Source: Chrysomallon squamiferum (taxonomy: Eukaryota > Animalia > Mollusca). From it: a DNA stretch of 64,000 nt. The DNA lies in assembly GCA_012295275.1 (NCBI GenBank), contig CM022665.1, positions 34,782,001-34,846,000 of the forward strand, written 5' to 3'. Position 1 is the stretch's first letter. Each line of letters starts with the position of its first letter. Under the pieces are notes generated by a model that was given only the letters and a program-made list of their open reading frames with translations, was not told the origin of the DNA and made no database searches. Shown piece after piece: positions 1 through 49,822 of the stretch. The position numbers and the translations under genes were made by a program.

Positions 1-2353
1 CAGTAGGGTAATATAAACTTACAGCAGTATCACTGTGGTTGGCTGTAGGTGACTTTCATGTTTTTATGTGACAGCATGACACTAATATAATGGTTGGTAA
101 AGCATTAAAAATAAATATTAAAATGAAAAAAGTTAGCTCAAAATAACTGATGCTGTAGGACATAAAGCTACTAACGAGTTTTTAACGGTATCAGAAGATT
201 AAATAAAAAATAAAAAAATCTAGAAAACAATGGAATGAACACACACACACACATGCACTTAGGTATTCTGTAATTCATCTATCTATTTTGTCTAGAGTAA
301 AATAAGTAATTAATTAATTATTGTGCTAAATATTCAATACTTTATTAAGTCTGTAAAAATTACTGATATGTCATTAAGTGAAAGTTGGGAAATAATGAGT
401 AAATGAAATACATTTTTGAGCATCAGTGAGTAAAAACAAAAAGTAAAATAAAGTTAAAAATACAATTATTAATATTAAATAAAATACAAATACAAGTTAT
501 AATATTAAATAAAATAAACTTAAATATACAATTAATAATTAATAATAAATAAAATGTTAAAGCAACAAAAATCTTTTATTTATGTCATTTATAAAACAAT
601 CTTTCTTTGCTATTTTTATTACAATATCTGACCTCTCGTAGTACAAATATTTTGCAAATACTGGCATTTGTGAATAATAATTATTAAATTCTCAACATTT
701 CAGATTTTCAGATTATATCAGCATTTCCAAGTAACACAAATCTTGGATTTCTGAAAACCAAATATATTTTTAATTATTAATAGACTCTTTAATGTTTCTA
801 AATTTTGATCTGTAACAAGCAAATGTAGCATTTTTAATTTTTAATAGGTATCTTTAATTATTTAATATGTATCGTTAAACATTATACATTGTTAGTATTT
901 TCAGTTTCTTCAGGCAAAATAGGTTTCCTTAGAAACATAAAATTTTCTCCATTTAAAACATATTGCTAAGTTTCATGCATAGAAGATAGAATCTGCTGCT
1001 GGTGATTCATTCAGAAATTATCTCATTATATTGAACTGAATTCCATCGGCTACAGAAAATATGAAACACATGTTGTATCTTTCATGATCCATATCATGCA
1101 TATCAATATATGAGTCATAATAACAATATGGAAACTGTCAGGAAGTGATGTACTTGTTCAAACTATAAAACAGTTACCAAAATATGAAACTAATGAAACA
1201 AAACAATTATCAAAGTATTAATCTACATCGTAACATGACAACCGTTAAAATACTAAATTAGTGTATATATTTTGGATAAGAAAATATTTTATCTGTATAA
1301 AGTGAAAGACAAAACAAAATAATGAAATTAAAATAAATTTAAAATAATAATAATAATAATAATAAATTGCTAAAAATACCTGAATAATGATAAAAAGTGA
1401 AAATGAGACAAATAAAATACTACGTAGGAAAGATCAACAAACATGTGTCAACAGTAAGTTTATTAAAAAGATAAATTATGACTGCTTTATGTAAATTTAA
1501 ATAAATTTTGCTGTATTCTTAGTTTTTAAGACAGTAAAATAAATCTGTTGACTAAATTTATTACACAATAATTTTATTTTTAAACAAACTAAAAAACCTC
1601 AATTAAAGTACATGGTATACACACAGAATGCATACATGTTTATATATACATACATTAATAAAATAAAAACCCTTTAAAAAAACAATAATTTAAAACAAAA
1701 AGAAATGCAGAACAACTTACAATATAAATGTGAACATTTTTGTCCAAGCATAGAACAAAAAACAACAATATGTGCTGTGAAAGGATAAATGAAAACTGAA
1801 GAATAAGTACACATTAATTGTGAAACAAAACTCAGGTGACAAAACTTCCAATATATGACATCCTCACTCAAGTAAAGACAAGAGAGAGTGGGGTAAACAA
1901 GCACAGAAGAATCAGGACAATACTGATCACTTCTTTAACACACTGTTTAAATTCCTCTGTAGAATGTGAGAAATTTGCTTCCACCAAGCCATATATTTTC
2001 ACAGCTTAGAGGACAAATTTGCAACATTTATGAAAAACAAGTCAGTTCACTGAATGCTGGGCAGTGTTTGGTTGGCAGTGTGCATTTCATTGTCAAACTT
2101 GGTGGATGCTTGAAGAAACTGCATGGCAATCTTTGGCTATATGCTCAGGACATTGTTTAAATCTTAATAAAAGGCCAATTCAAATAAGTTGAAGAAAACA
2201 AATTCATTCCAGACAGCAAACATATGAATAAACTGTCTGGTAATAGATAAAAAAAAACACTGCCTTGTTTTTGTAGATCAGTTAATGATGGGAACAGGCA
2301 AATATTGAAAACAATAATAACTGAAAAAAGGGGCAAACACAGTAGGTTCAGAT

Positions 2354-2397
<44 letters not shown>

Positions 2398-2596
2398 AAA
2401 AAGGCTTTAGAATGTGTTATTTTTTAATACTGTTAAAAAGCCACTATTATATATAAAAAAAATTTCAGATGCTTTTATTTATTAATTTATTATTATTGTA
2501 ATAGTAATTATTATAATGTTTTAATCAGAAGAAATTTTCTGTCTATAATTTATTAATTGTTTTACATAAAAACATTTCTAACAATAAAGAGATCTC

Positions 2597-2649
<53 letters not shown>

Positions 2650-3411
2650 TATAAATAAATATAATATAATGTAAAAATAATTTTATCTCATAATTTATTA
2701 CTGTTATTATTATTGTTTTTTATTATTATTATTAAATTTATTATTATTATTATCTGCAGTGACACATTCCATTTAAACTCATTAAATTAAGAAAACACTG
2801 AACATTATTGTTTTCTGACACTAATTCAACTTCACCTTGAGTAAACCATCACTAGCATTTCAGAAATTAAGACAATACAACAATTCAATCTCATCAAATT
2901 TGTCAAAATGAAAACATTTTTACATCTGTGCACCTGAAACAAAAAACTGACATCATTCAAGGCCCTTCTGAACCAACACAGTCATAATTCTGGAAGATTA
3001 CAGAATCAATCTTATGCAACACAGCAACACATTGTCTAAGCCATTTTCTGTTCCACTCTGTGTACTATGATTAGTAGTCAAAGGTTTTGCTACATAACTT
3101 TTAAAGTACACATGAAACATTCTTGCTGTTAATTGAAAAACATAATGTAGTGGGAATTTTCTTTGGATACAAAACTGCTAATGATAGAACACATAAAATG
3201 ATTTAGTTTTTTCATCAGAATAAAATAAAAATAACAACAACAACAACAATAATTATTATTATTAAAAAAATAAAAAAAAATAAAACTAAAATAAACCTTA
3301 TAAAAGCCATATAAGAATGTTTGAAATTTTATTGTCAACAGCAGTGTCTTAAAACAGGTTAATCTAAAAAAAAAAAATAAAAAAAAAATAAAACACCACC
3401 AGACTGCTTAC

Positions 3412-3551
3412 CACTGCAATTTTCAAATGAAACACTTCTCTTTCGTTCTTCTGCAATCATATCATCATCCATCTGTGTTATAACAACAGCATTTATGTTA
3501 GCTTCATTTTCTGTGTTCATTTCTCCATTAGTTTTTCCCTTCTTGGGAAAC
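3412..3551 (-). CDS. Putative first coding exon of an unidentified minus-strand gene (MNTENEANINAVVITQMDDDMIAEERKRSVSFENCS..., ATG at 3520)
   Basis: Good acceptor (ttttgcag|G at 3552) and donor (AGTG|gtaagc at 3411). Frame is open with protein-like composition. I found no in-frame downstream exon inside the window, so this could be UTR or lncRNA. Confidence 0.35.
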
Positions 3552-6500
3552 CTGCAAAAATAAAATGTCACAGTTCCATTTTGTTTCATCACATTTTTGC
3601 ATATGCCCATTTCAGCAGACTTAATTCCTGACAGCCTGAACATGGATGAAAAATGAAATGGATTTACGATTCAACACACAGTAAGATGTTTAGAAGTTTT
3701 CTTATCTTTAGAAAACAGCATTCCATTTCCAAAAGTTCAACAAACAGCTCATGTATCCTGCCGCAGATTGGTTAAGTCAAAAATCCCAATTATTTTTAAA
3801 CACACAAGTATATATATAAAAAAATTAAAATGTGTATTCCTCTTATGAACAAGATGATAGTTTGGCTACTGAATGTATACTGTTACAAGTGGTAAAGCTA
3901 TTTGTCTGTTCACTGTTTTTGGCAGCAGTCATAACTAAATCTATGTAATAATCAGGACTGTTCTATTAAAGGAAGACATGTCTGGGAGTGATTGGATCGT
4001 TTTTCAAGAACATTGTATGAGGTAAACCATTTAGTCTAACAGCAGCAGCTGTAACACAAATTACATACAGGTTAGCTACAGCCAGGAAAAAAGTTGAAAA
4101 GAAACCAACAAAAAAATATATATATTTCTTGGAACACCACAGTCTTTATCTGTGAAGAAAAGATAACAGTTACTGAGGGCAGACAAGGAATGGCCTGCAT
4201 CTGTTACCTACTAGATGTATTAAGAGTGTGGCTTTGATAATCATGGTATTATTATGTAAAAGTTAAATGCCAAGAGAAGAAATATAACAAGTGTCCACCC
4301 ACTTTCTCATGCTATCCAGATATATTCACATTTTTCTGCTATCATTTTTCTCTTAGCATTTCCACATATGTTGCTTCTGTCTGTGAATTTCTCAATCATA
4401 TTACCTGCATGCCTTCTTGCCTAAATGTTGTCTTTTACTATTAAGCCTGCCAACAACTGTGAGCACATATATACTTTAGCAACATACCTAAGGTTCAAGT
4501 ACAATATCATGGCACACTGACCTGAAACTTTGAATCTAGAGTCAGAATTTTCCGAGATAAACTTGGTATCTTTATAGCCAGAACACATACACCATAGAGC
4601 TCAGTTTTTATACTTACTGCTAGTTAGAATATGGTTATGCTTGCTATAATCAACTTGTATTTCTATAAGTGTTAGATATTAAAAAAAGAAATCAAACTAA
4701 TCAGTGACATTTTAATTATTACATGTGACAATATGGAAAGTAGTGTGTGGAAGCTTTATTAAATATATATGTGAATTGTTTAGATGATTTCATTGATTAT
4801 CTGACATCGTACTGACAGTTAGTATGAATATTTATTCTTTGTAAATAATAATAATAATACAGATAATTAAATAATCATAAATTATTTACATAGCTCAAAT
4901 ATTCACATGAACAAATTACAAAGCAATATTAGTGATTAAAAGTGCTTGTAAAGGGGTAAAATGGTTTTCATATGTTTTCTAATAGTATTATTACACTGTC
5001 ATAATGTGGTGTTAATGATTTTAGGTTACTCAAAAGAACAGAGAATTATGTTTAGAAAATTCATTCCTACAGCCACATGTAAACTGTAACTTGATAATTA
5101 TTAATTTTTTACCAATATATTCTGGCAGTCATGATATGAATAATTACTTTTATCTTTTCATTTGCTAAAAAACCCCAGTACTATCTTTTCTTAACTTATA
5201 TAATATGGCATTAAATATTATAATTATTTTTAGTAGTAGGAATAGAATAGCATAGCACATAAAAGAAGCTCAGTAGTAGTTAGATTAGTAAAAGCAGTAC
5301 CATCAACTGCAGTAGTAGTAAAAACAATAGTAGCACAGTCGTAGTTATAGCATTTGAAGTTAGTACTTTCTATATTTATTTTTATATCTTATTAATATTA
5401 TGTTTCCATTAAGTTCCCAATCACAATGCTTCAAATTACCATAGCAAAACAAGATTAAAAAAAACAGCCCAGCCCCTCCCAGTGATAAAATAAACCAGGA
5501 ATATCCAGTGTGTCTATCTGTCACTTGTGCATACCTTTTAAGTCTCTGGTCTAAGTTACAAATCACAAAGACATGACTATCTTTTTATTTATCATTATAC
5601 ATAGCCCCAGGCTCTGATTTCCACAATACATGAACTAGTCTCTGTTTACCACCATACATGGCTCCAGTTTTATTTACCACTATATATATGAGAATTTAGG
5701 CTGTTGACAATGTGGGCAGATGACCAAGTTAATCTGTTATTTGTATCTGCGTGATACCAGATCAAACTTGTGTTACTGAGTTTGCTGGTCAACTATTCAG
5801 TCTGTTGTTATATTGAATAAAGTACTTACATGATATTTATCAAATAGCAAAATAGAAATGTAATTTCTTACACTGGTTCACATTACAGATAATTAAAAAT
5901 ATTTCTTAATCACACACATAATTATATATAAAACATTCTGTCCATAATAAATATATTTAACTCATTTTAACCTCAGTTAAGTCATAAACACACACATACA
6001 TATATACAGACAGAAGAAGAGAGCCAGACAAAACAAAAGAAGCAAAGAGAAGTAGAGAGAGAGATATAGTAACATACATTTTCATCAATAATAAAAAAAT
6101 ATCTGTATTACATTAAATTCACTGATTTTTTTTATATCAGAAACATTACTCTTTTCAAAACAAGCTAGTAGAATTAATTCTATTGTAACAGTGTTTTTAT
6201 TTTGGTGTTTTTTAACAGTATTATTACATAACGTTGTTTTAAACAGTTTTAAGTGTCTACATATATAATCTATAACAATACATCAACACCTCAAAGATTT
6301 GAAGACCACTTCGGCACAAAAGCCAACCAACTTCCAAAAATGTTTAGACTGTGCACTTGACCTAAAACAAATCAAACTTTTATTTAATAATTTACTTATT
6401 CTGAAATGCATGATGTCTTTGTCACTGAAATTAATAGGTCTAAAAAAATGTGTTCAAATAGCCCCCATAGAGGCTACATGTCAAATGTTGTAAAACACTG

Positions 6501-8046
6501 ATCTGTAAGTTAAGCTGGGGAATAATGATGCATTTAACATGGAAAATAAATATATTTTAAGTTTTGGAATATGCTCACTAACTCTATTCCTAAAAAAACT
6601 GAATACCAAAATCAATTCTGCCTGACATTCCATTATTTTACAGGAATAATTAGTTATCTGCACACTTCTCTTTAAAATCTGTATTTTACCTTCTAAAATA
6701 CTATAAAGAATGAATGAATGAATGTTTAATGACACCACAGCACAAAACATAAATAAACTAGCGGGTACCATTCTAAGTTCCTAATAATGTAAGAATGAAA
6801 AACTAGTAAAATAGATCAGTTTAATAATTAAATTATAATGATCAAAAAATGTTTCAAATAATATTACATTTTACAGATCCAAAATGTTAAGAAACTCACA
6901 TACAACAGTTTTGCTGGTCTTATGGTCCTAAAGGTGACTGTCACAACAGCTTTCTAGAATGTAGCATGTATTTGTTACTGCACAACACAAACATAACACA
7001 ACATTCAGTGCAGCTATGTGTTTGTCAGTTTATACAATCAAACAAAATACACATTGTTATTTTCTTAAATTATTTGTTGTAAAGAAAAACAGACTGAAGA
7101 AATGATCTTGAATGATGATCATTATGATATAGTAAGTAGGGATAGCCAAAAGGTTTGCATGTGTATGTGTTTATGTAAAATATATTTTCTACACATCCTA
7201 AATGAATATGTATTAAGTTTTACATGCACTTAAAGAACTGATTTTGCTGAATTATGCAATAAAACATAGAACATTTGTCAAGAAAGTTTCAAACAAAAAT
7301 AAAAATTAAAACCCCACAAAACAAAACCTATATTCTTTCTCTCTCTCGCATGCATGCTTACACATACACACTTCAGTCTGAACTGTGTCAAGTGATTTAG
7401 AGAAAAATAAAAATGTGGCCTTATTTGTTGTAGGTAGTCTGAGAATACAGTTGCCTGAAGCAAGTTTGATTCTACTCACAAATTTTAAGTCAAAATTCAA
7501 ATATTAGTAACTAGTAAATATATCTTTTTGACTTCAGCAATAATTTTTGCACATTATTTAAAATTATTAAAATCTAATATATAACAAATCTGAATTAATC
7601 TTCTTTTTGTAATATCTGTGATTGAAAAGGAGCTGTGGAGTAACAGTGTATTTACCAAGTGTGTGTGTGTGTGTGTGTGTGTGCATGCATGTATTACAGT
7701 TTTAAATACTGCCAGCTTTTGGTATCTGTTGAGATTTTAAAATAATTTAAATAACACATAAAAAGTAATAAAAGAAACTTCCCCCACCCCAGTATTAAAC
7801 TTATTTAAATATCTTTTATTTCCTTTAAACAAGTCAGGATTTAAAAAATAATAATAATAATAATTAACAATTAAATTGTAATTTAAAAATTAATAATTTA
7901 CAGTAATTGATACAGTATAAATCAAATAATTTGTCTTTGAAAATTAACATAGACTTTTAAGCTTGGGCTTACATTTAGTTGTTCTAATAATAACTATGTA
8001 TGGGGACAAAGAATGCATCATTTGTTTTATATTTATTGTTATTAAT

Positions 8047-8048
<2 letters not shown>

Positions 8049-8102
<54 letters not shown>
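8049..8102. repeat. (GA)n microsatellite
   Basis: Perfect GA dinucleotide run. Confidence 0.95.
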
Positions 8103-8105
<3 letters not shown>

Positions 8106-8282
8106 CGATTTTAATAAATGTGGTATTTTACACTTCGTACATAACGATTTTAATACGCAGCTGATAAATGATCTTTTTGAACATTTTAATAAATCACTAA
8201 CATTGTTTAAAAATCATCGACAAACTATTTGCGTCATCGATAGGGCTTTGTGACAGTTCGAATAAAAACACGATTTATTTAA

Positions 8283-8341
<59 letters not shown>

Positions 8342-8473
8342 CAACATAAAATTAAAATTAAAAATGAATAACGCCGACTGTCAATCACTCAGTGTATCGG
8401 GGAAAAATTAATTTAAAATAATCAACGTAAGAAAAGAAAGAAAGAAAAAAAAGTAATAATAATCACGGTTTAC

Positions 8474-8700
8474 CTTTGAAATATTCAGTAATGCCCCAAA
8501 GTTTTATCATCTATCTGATAAAACATATAATTGCTGTGACAGTCGTGGATACTGAAGTATAAAGCTAAACCATGAACAACTATGAAACAATCTTTTTTGT
8601 ATACTAGCGGCAACAGCTGTAGTATGTCTCGCGAGAACATTCGAGGGAGCATTTTGTATTTTATCGCCACCGGCCTAATTTAGTTTGTTAGATCTTCTGG
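8474..8700 (-). promoter_or_regulatory. CpG-retaining promoter and probable non-coding first exon of the left-hand minus-strand gene
   Basis: CpGs reappear locally (8100-8720) between CpG-depleted flanks. Donor CAAAG|gtaaac at 8473. Lies just downstream of the XPD 3' UTR. Confidence 0.5.
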
Positions 8701-10239
8701 CATTCTATAATCATTAAACACGGAATAATGTTTTTATTTTATTTTATTATTTGTTTATTATAATTTATTTTTTATATTTTTAATTTATCAATGAATAATC
8801 AAATAGAATTAGAAGCATTACATTTCTTTTCTTATATTTATATTTTATTAAAATAAATAAAAATAAAATGTCTGTAGCTTCAAGTGCAACTGGTGTAAAT
8901 GTAAAATATATTTTCAGTATACAAGATAATGTACTTAATAAACTTTGTACTGAATTATTTATTAACTGTCACTGCAAGTAATTATATACAATTTTGTTCA
9001 AAAAAATTAAATGCATAAATTCTACATTGTTCAAATGATCTTTCTGGGTCATTGTTTTAATGTTGATGAAAGTAATGTTGAATTATCATTTAGTTTTATT
9101 TATTTATTTACTGTCTTTGGTTAATGTAATTAAATATACCTCAAATGAATACTTATTAGAATTACATTATAGCATGAACTTGGTAAACATAATCTTTATC
9201 ATGTTGGAAACCGCAAATAATAAAAATAATAATAAGTAAAGAAAAATAAACAGTCAACTGGTTTTATAAGTATAGATTTTTTACTTTTTAAAACTGCAAT
9301 CCATCATCATCAATATTATTAATGTTATTATAAAAAGTTAGTAAAATATTTTGTTTCATTTAAATTGTTTTTCTTTTTTAAAAACAAAATGAAAACAAAT
9401 TAAAATCATGATTGCCATAGCATTTTATCTTTCATTTCTAGAAATTTACTTAACAAACCCAGATAATGGAGAATAATAAATCTTGGTTTTCTGGTTTTTC
9501 ATTTCAGTTATCATATGTTAACCTTTCTGACAAGCTGCTGAAAAACTGTTCAATAAATGTAAATTTTGTTTGGTTCTTTTTTTGGAAATGAAGAACAATA
9601 TTAAATATCATTCTAAATAAAACAGACATCTAAGTCATAAATCCAGTGTTATAAAATGACTGCATTACAAGAAAAAGAGACATAAGTTATGAGAGTTAGA
9701 CACAGAGAAAAAGACAGATATATCTAAAACAATATCAGAAACAGATAAAGAAAGAAAGTTTAACAACAAAATTTGAAATTTACCAAACTTTTATTAACAT
9801 GTTACAGACCTAAGATTATCTGTTCAATATGAGTTACGAATGTATAAAAGTATAACATGTCAGTGGTTCAATTATATAATAATTAGTTTTTCTTTTTGTT
9901 GTTAATAAACATGGGAATCATCTGAGTCATGTAAAAGCAATGAGGTTAATGTTGTGATCTTTGTTTTGTACATTGGTGGTATTTGTTACAGTGGTAGTAT
10001 TTCTAAGGGTGGTTGTTGTTTTTTGATACAAACAGCTAAATTTCAGTAACTATTTTCTTTAAACAAAATTTCAACTTCTTAACTTATTATTTCAATAATC
10101 CATTTTCTTTTCTTTTTTGAAAAACATTTTAAAGCAATTGTAAAGGGAGATAAATCTTGTTTCAGGGTACTCATGTTTCTACATCTGTGGCTTTATAATA
10201 CAGTTTCAGTTTTCTGATGGAAAAAAATTGTTCTGACAA

Positions 10240-10560
10240 ATGCAATAAATTCCAATATGCTGCTCTGTAAACCAGAATTCCAATATAACACATAAACCAA
10301 AGATCCAAGGTGTAAACCAGAGGTCCAGTGTGCTGGTATGTGGTTCCATAGTTCTAATGCACCAAAATGTGTTACACAGATCTAGTATCTTGTGGTATCT
10401 TATACTGTAATTCTAAAATATTCAACAAAATTTAATAATCAGAAATGTAAAACTTAGTTGTAATATTCTTAGATGTAGAGTAAAGTTCCAGTATTATTTG
10501 ATATATTTCTTAATTCAAAACTACAATTCCAGTAACTCTCTTTTCTCATCTTGTATCACT
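10240..10560. repeat. Degenerate short tandem repeat in the XPD 3' UTR region
   Basis: Recurring units resembling tgtaaaccaga..ttcca(a/g)ta. Confidence 0.45.
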
Positions 10561-10654
10561 TTCAAAATAAGTTTATTATCCTTGCTCCAATTATATGAAT
10601 GTGGAGAACGTTTCTGAAATCTTTCAGTATTCTTTGGTTTAGAATTTTCCTATT

Positions 10655-33200
<22,546 letters not shown>

Positions 33201-33759
33201 AATTATTTTTTTCTGGTGCCGGAAAACGAATGACAGACAAACACAACCTATCACACACACAATAAACGTTTGTTGACAACATATAACGGAAACATGTGCT
33301 TTATCATAGCCATAGTAAACACCGACTCTAACAGAAAGCAACCAAATGTACTCCTTCAGAGGTTCAGTCCTTAAGCATAATATAGGTTATTAAAATCCAT
33401 AAGGTCCTAAAAATTAAACTTTCTTCTTGTTAACTGATGGTAATTTATATCGGAAAGAAAGAGCCCACTTTACAGTTCATATAATTATTTATTAATTTTA
33501 GATCCTTATATACCAGTACATTTACATTTTGAGTTACACAGTAGTAACTAAATAAGTTGACAATTAAAAATATGTACATTTTAGTTAATGAAGATTACTA
33601 ATATATAAGGTTCTTTAATATTTATTTTATTTGTTTCTTTATTTTCATTTTTATTTGTTGCTTGTTATTTCAGATGGCAGTAATTAATGTGTCCTCAAAT
33701 AAACTAAAATTATTTTATGTCACGCTTTCGTCTAATGATGAACCAGTCAACAAACAAAG
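33201..33759. promoter_or_regulatory. Bidirectional promoter shared by XPD (-) and PEX6 (+)
   Basis: Start codons diverge 559 bp apart. CpGs are retained. ETS-like CGGAA motifs (~33220, ~33287, ~33450). YY1-like AAGATGGC overlaps the PEX6 ATG. Confidence 0.75.
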
Positions 33760-46990
<13,231 letters not shown>

Positions 46991-47865
46991 AGCATCATTT
47001 TATAAATAATAATATTTATTAAAATGTACCACTGTGAACCAGTGTCAAGAAAGTTAAAAAGTATTATACTTTTATCAAGACTTTTGTGGAATTTAATGTC
47101 TTAATAATCTAAGGATATTCTTAATGTGATCTACCAGAAGTACAGAATTCTCATCAGATGTCATAGAAAAAAGTTAGTCAATATTAGAGCCTTGAAATGA
47201 TATCTGGATCATAGCATCCAAGCATGGCGTGATTATTAAATATAATTATATATATTTAAGTTTCATGTCAATCTATAGAATATACAATTAATTTTTAATT
47301 AGCTGTTTGAAAGTAGTAGATAAAGATCACTCGACTAAAATGTCTAGATGGTGTGGATTAATAAATTATTAAATATTTTTAATTGACTGTATTTTTTAAT
47401 TTGTTTATTTATTAATGGAGATTTTGGGGTACCTATAATGGTATAAACAAAAAAATCAAGATCGTTTTTTATATTTCCACATTATCGTTTTATTTGTACA
47501 GAACACCTTTGCTAACAATAAAACAAACTAATAATACAACAAACGTTTTAATATGCACAGAGAAATATTCTTGATTCATTGAAGTCACCCAGAAATACTT
47601 GGACGAAGACTAATAGCCAAACTGAGTAAACTCTTTACAAAGGTGTTGTATTTAATAGTCTTTGGAATTCAATCAGGTGTCAAAAATTAACATAAATAGT
47701 ATATGAAATAAAATCGTAAGATCGTACACAGTAAGCAGTAAAATTGTGCGGTATTATTTTACCAATTGCAAATAAATAATATTTATCTATGGTGTATATT
47801 TGTTATTGTCAAAAATATATTGGTTTTCAATATTGTAATTGGAAAGATCTAATTACTTCTCTGCC

Positions 47866-48747
47866 GGTGTCCCCCTCATTAGTCAGAACCCCATTTGTCA
47901 GACACCCAGATAATCTCTAGCCGATTACCTATGTGAATAATGGGCATGGCTAACAAAAATAACAGAACTATAAGTCTGCATAACATAACGCATAATTTAA
48001 TAATTGACATTGTCTAGAGCTCAGCACCATAAGTTCGTATAACAGAATTTATAGCTAAATACAGTTAAAATAAGTTAATACAGTCTAGAGCACAGCACAG
48101 GAAGTTTGCATAACAGAATTTACAGTTAAATACGGTTAAAATAAGTTAATACAGTCTAGATCACAGCACTATAAATTCGCATAAGTTCGTGATGGCGGTG
48201 AATATAGACCACATTTCGTTGTCAACAGTTCAGTTCAGCCCACCTTAACCAGTTTCGCCAATGCGTCCAGGAACTGAAGACCGGTCTTAGCTCCTTGAGC
48301 AAGCTGATCCTTGGGGTGGCTGAGGCGGTTGTTGATCTCCCTGTAGGCTCGCTTGCGGGAGGGGGGAGCGGCACCGAAGTTCAGCTGAGCGAGTTTTGCC
48401 TTCTCTGCCTTCTCGATCTTCTTGAGAATGTTCACCAGGCGGTATATGTTCGGGTGGCGATGACACGGTGACCCATTCAACTGGCTGTGGAACCCTTCTT
48501 TCTTCAGCAGATGTACTGTCAGTGAAACAATGTATTTATTTAATATTGAAACATTAAATGTACAGCTGACTAATACATTCTCACTCCAATGCAAGAGTTA
48601 CCATCAATTAAACAGTGATATACCAAGCTCATTGGGCTATCCCATTATAGCAATAGTGATGCCAACCAATCAAACTAATTACAGTCTCACAAACTGTCTA
48701 ACAGATTGGTGTCTGATAAATGGGATTCTGACAAATGGGGTGGAACC
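47866..48747 (-). mobile_element. Internally deleted MULE (Mutator-like) DNA transposon
   Basis: ~40-bp imperfect TIRs (GGTGTCCCCCTCATTAGTCAGAACCCCATTTGTCAGACACC vs GGTTCCACCCCATTTGTCAGAATCCCATTTATCAGACACC). 8-bp TSD-like flanks tctctgcc/tctctgac. GC-rich transposase C-terminus EGFHSQLN...HPNIYRLVNILK...PPSRKRAY (48235-48500). Internal ~70-bp tandem repeat at 48013-48180. Confidence 0.85.
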
Positions 48748-49602
48748 TCTCTGACATGTCATAAATCCGTGTTTTAGTCGAACGATTTGTTTTTAAAAAT
48801 ATCAGATTTGTAGTTAAGCTCTTTTAATACTGGGTAAAATCAGTAGCCAAACTAGTAATATTCAAGAAACTCTACTTCATAGGTATTGCATTCTGTGATG
48901 TAAATAGGAAGCCGAGGAACCAAACTGTGTGGTAAAAGGTGTTGGTCATAATTTTATCGAAAAACAGGTGTCAAGTTGTTACTCATGCGAAATCTATTTT
49001 TAAAAAATAATAATAATATATATTTTTTAAAATTAGTGATGCATATATTATTAGACGCTATCTGTTTAAATTTAAATTTAAATATTCTCGAAATAATCAG
49101 CACAAAAATGATCCCCTTATTTTGAGCCGACCGATTTTTAAAAATAAATTTTAAACTAAAAACATTTCAGTTCGAAAGTTAAACTTCCATTAAATGATGT
49201 GTCCCTTTTCTGAAATCGTGGATGCTTTCCTATTATTATTTATTTATTTATTTATTTATTTGTGTATTTATTTAATTATTCAGTTTCAAAATTATTATTT
49301 TATTTTATTTATTATCCCCGTTATCATCATTATTGTCATTATTATAAGCCAAGCTATATTGATAATGATTAACAAGCGACATTCAAAACACCATTAAAAT
49401 TTATTGTCGACACCATCCATGTTCAAGCCTTTGGTGCAGATGTTGATTGTACATACATTATATAAAATGAATGGCAAATTTCACACCACGTGTAATCACC
49501 TAAAAAATCCACGTCTGAAATTACTTTATTATTTCTAATATATATATATATATATTAGCTAAAAAGATTGTATTTATTTAGAGACGTAAGTAAGATTTCA
49601 AA

Positions 49603-49737
49603 ATGAATTTTAGACTTGTTTTCTTTATAATCAGTGTTACGTTGACTGCTGTGATCAGCGAAAAGAGAGAAGTAAATGAAAGTCTAACAATGGAAGAAAG
49701 TAAGTGTTTTTATTAATTATTTATAGAATTAATGACA

Positions 49738-49774
<37 letters not shown>

Positions 49775-49790
49775 CAACAACAACAAGAAA

Positions 49791-49822
<32 letters not shown>

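Noticed and set aside
8485-8670. 61-aa ORF in the CpG-rich region
   Set aside because: It has a non-ATG start and stops before the splice donor. It is more likely 5' UTR (at most a uORF).
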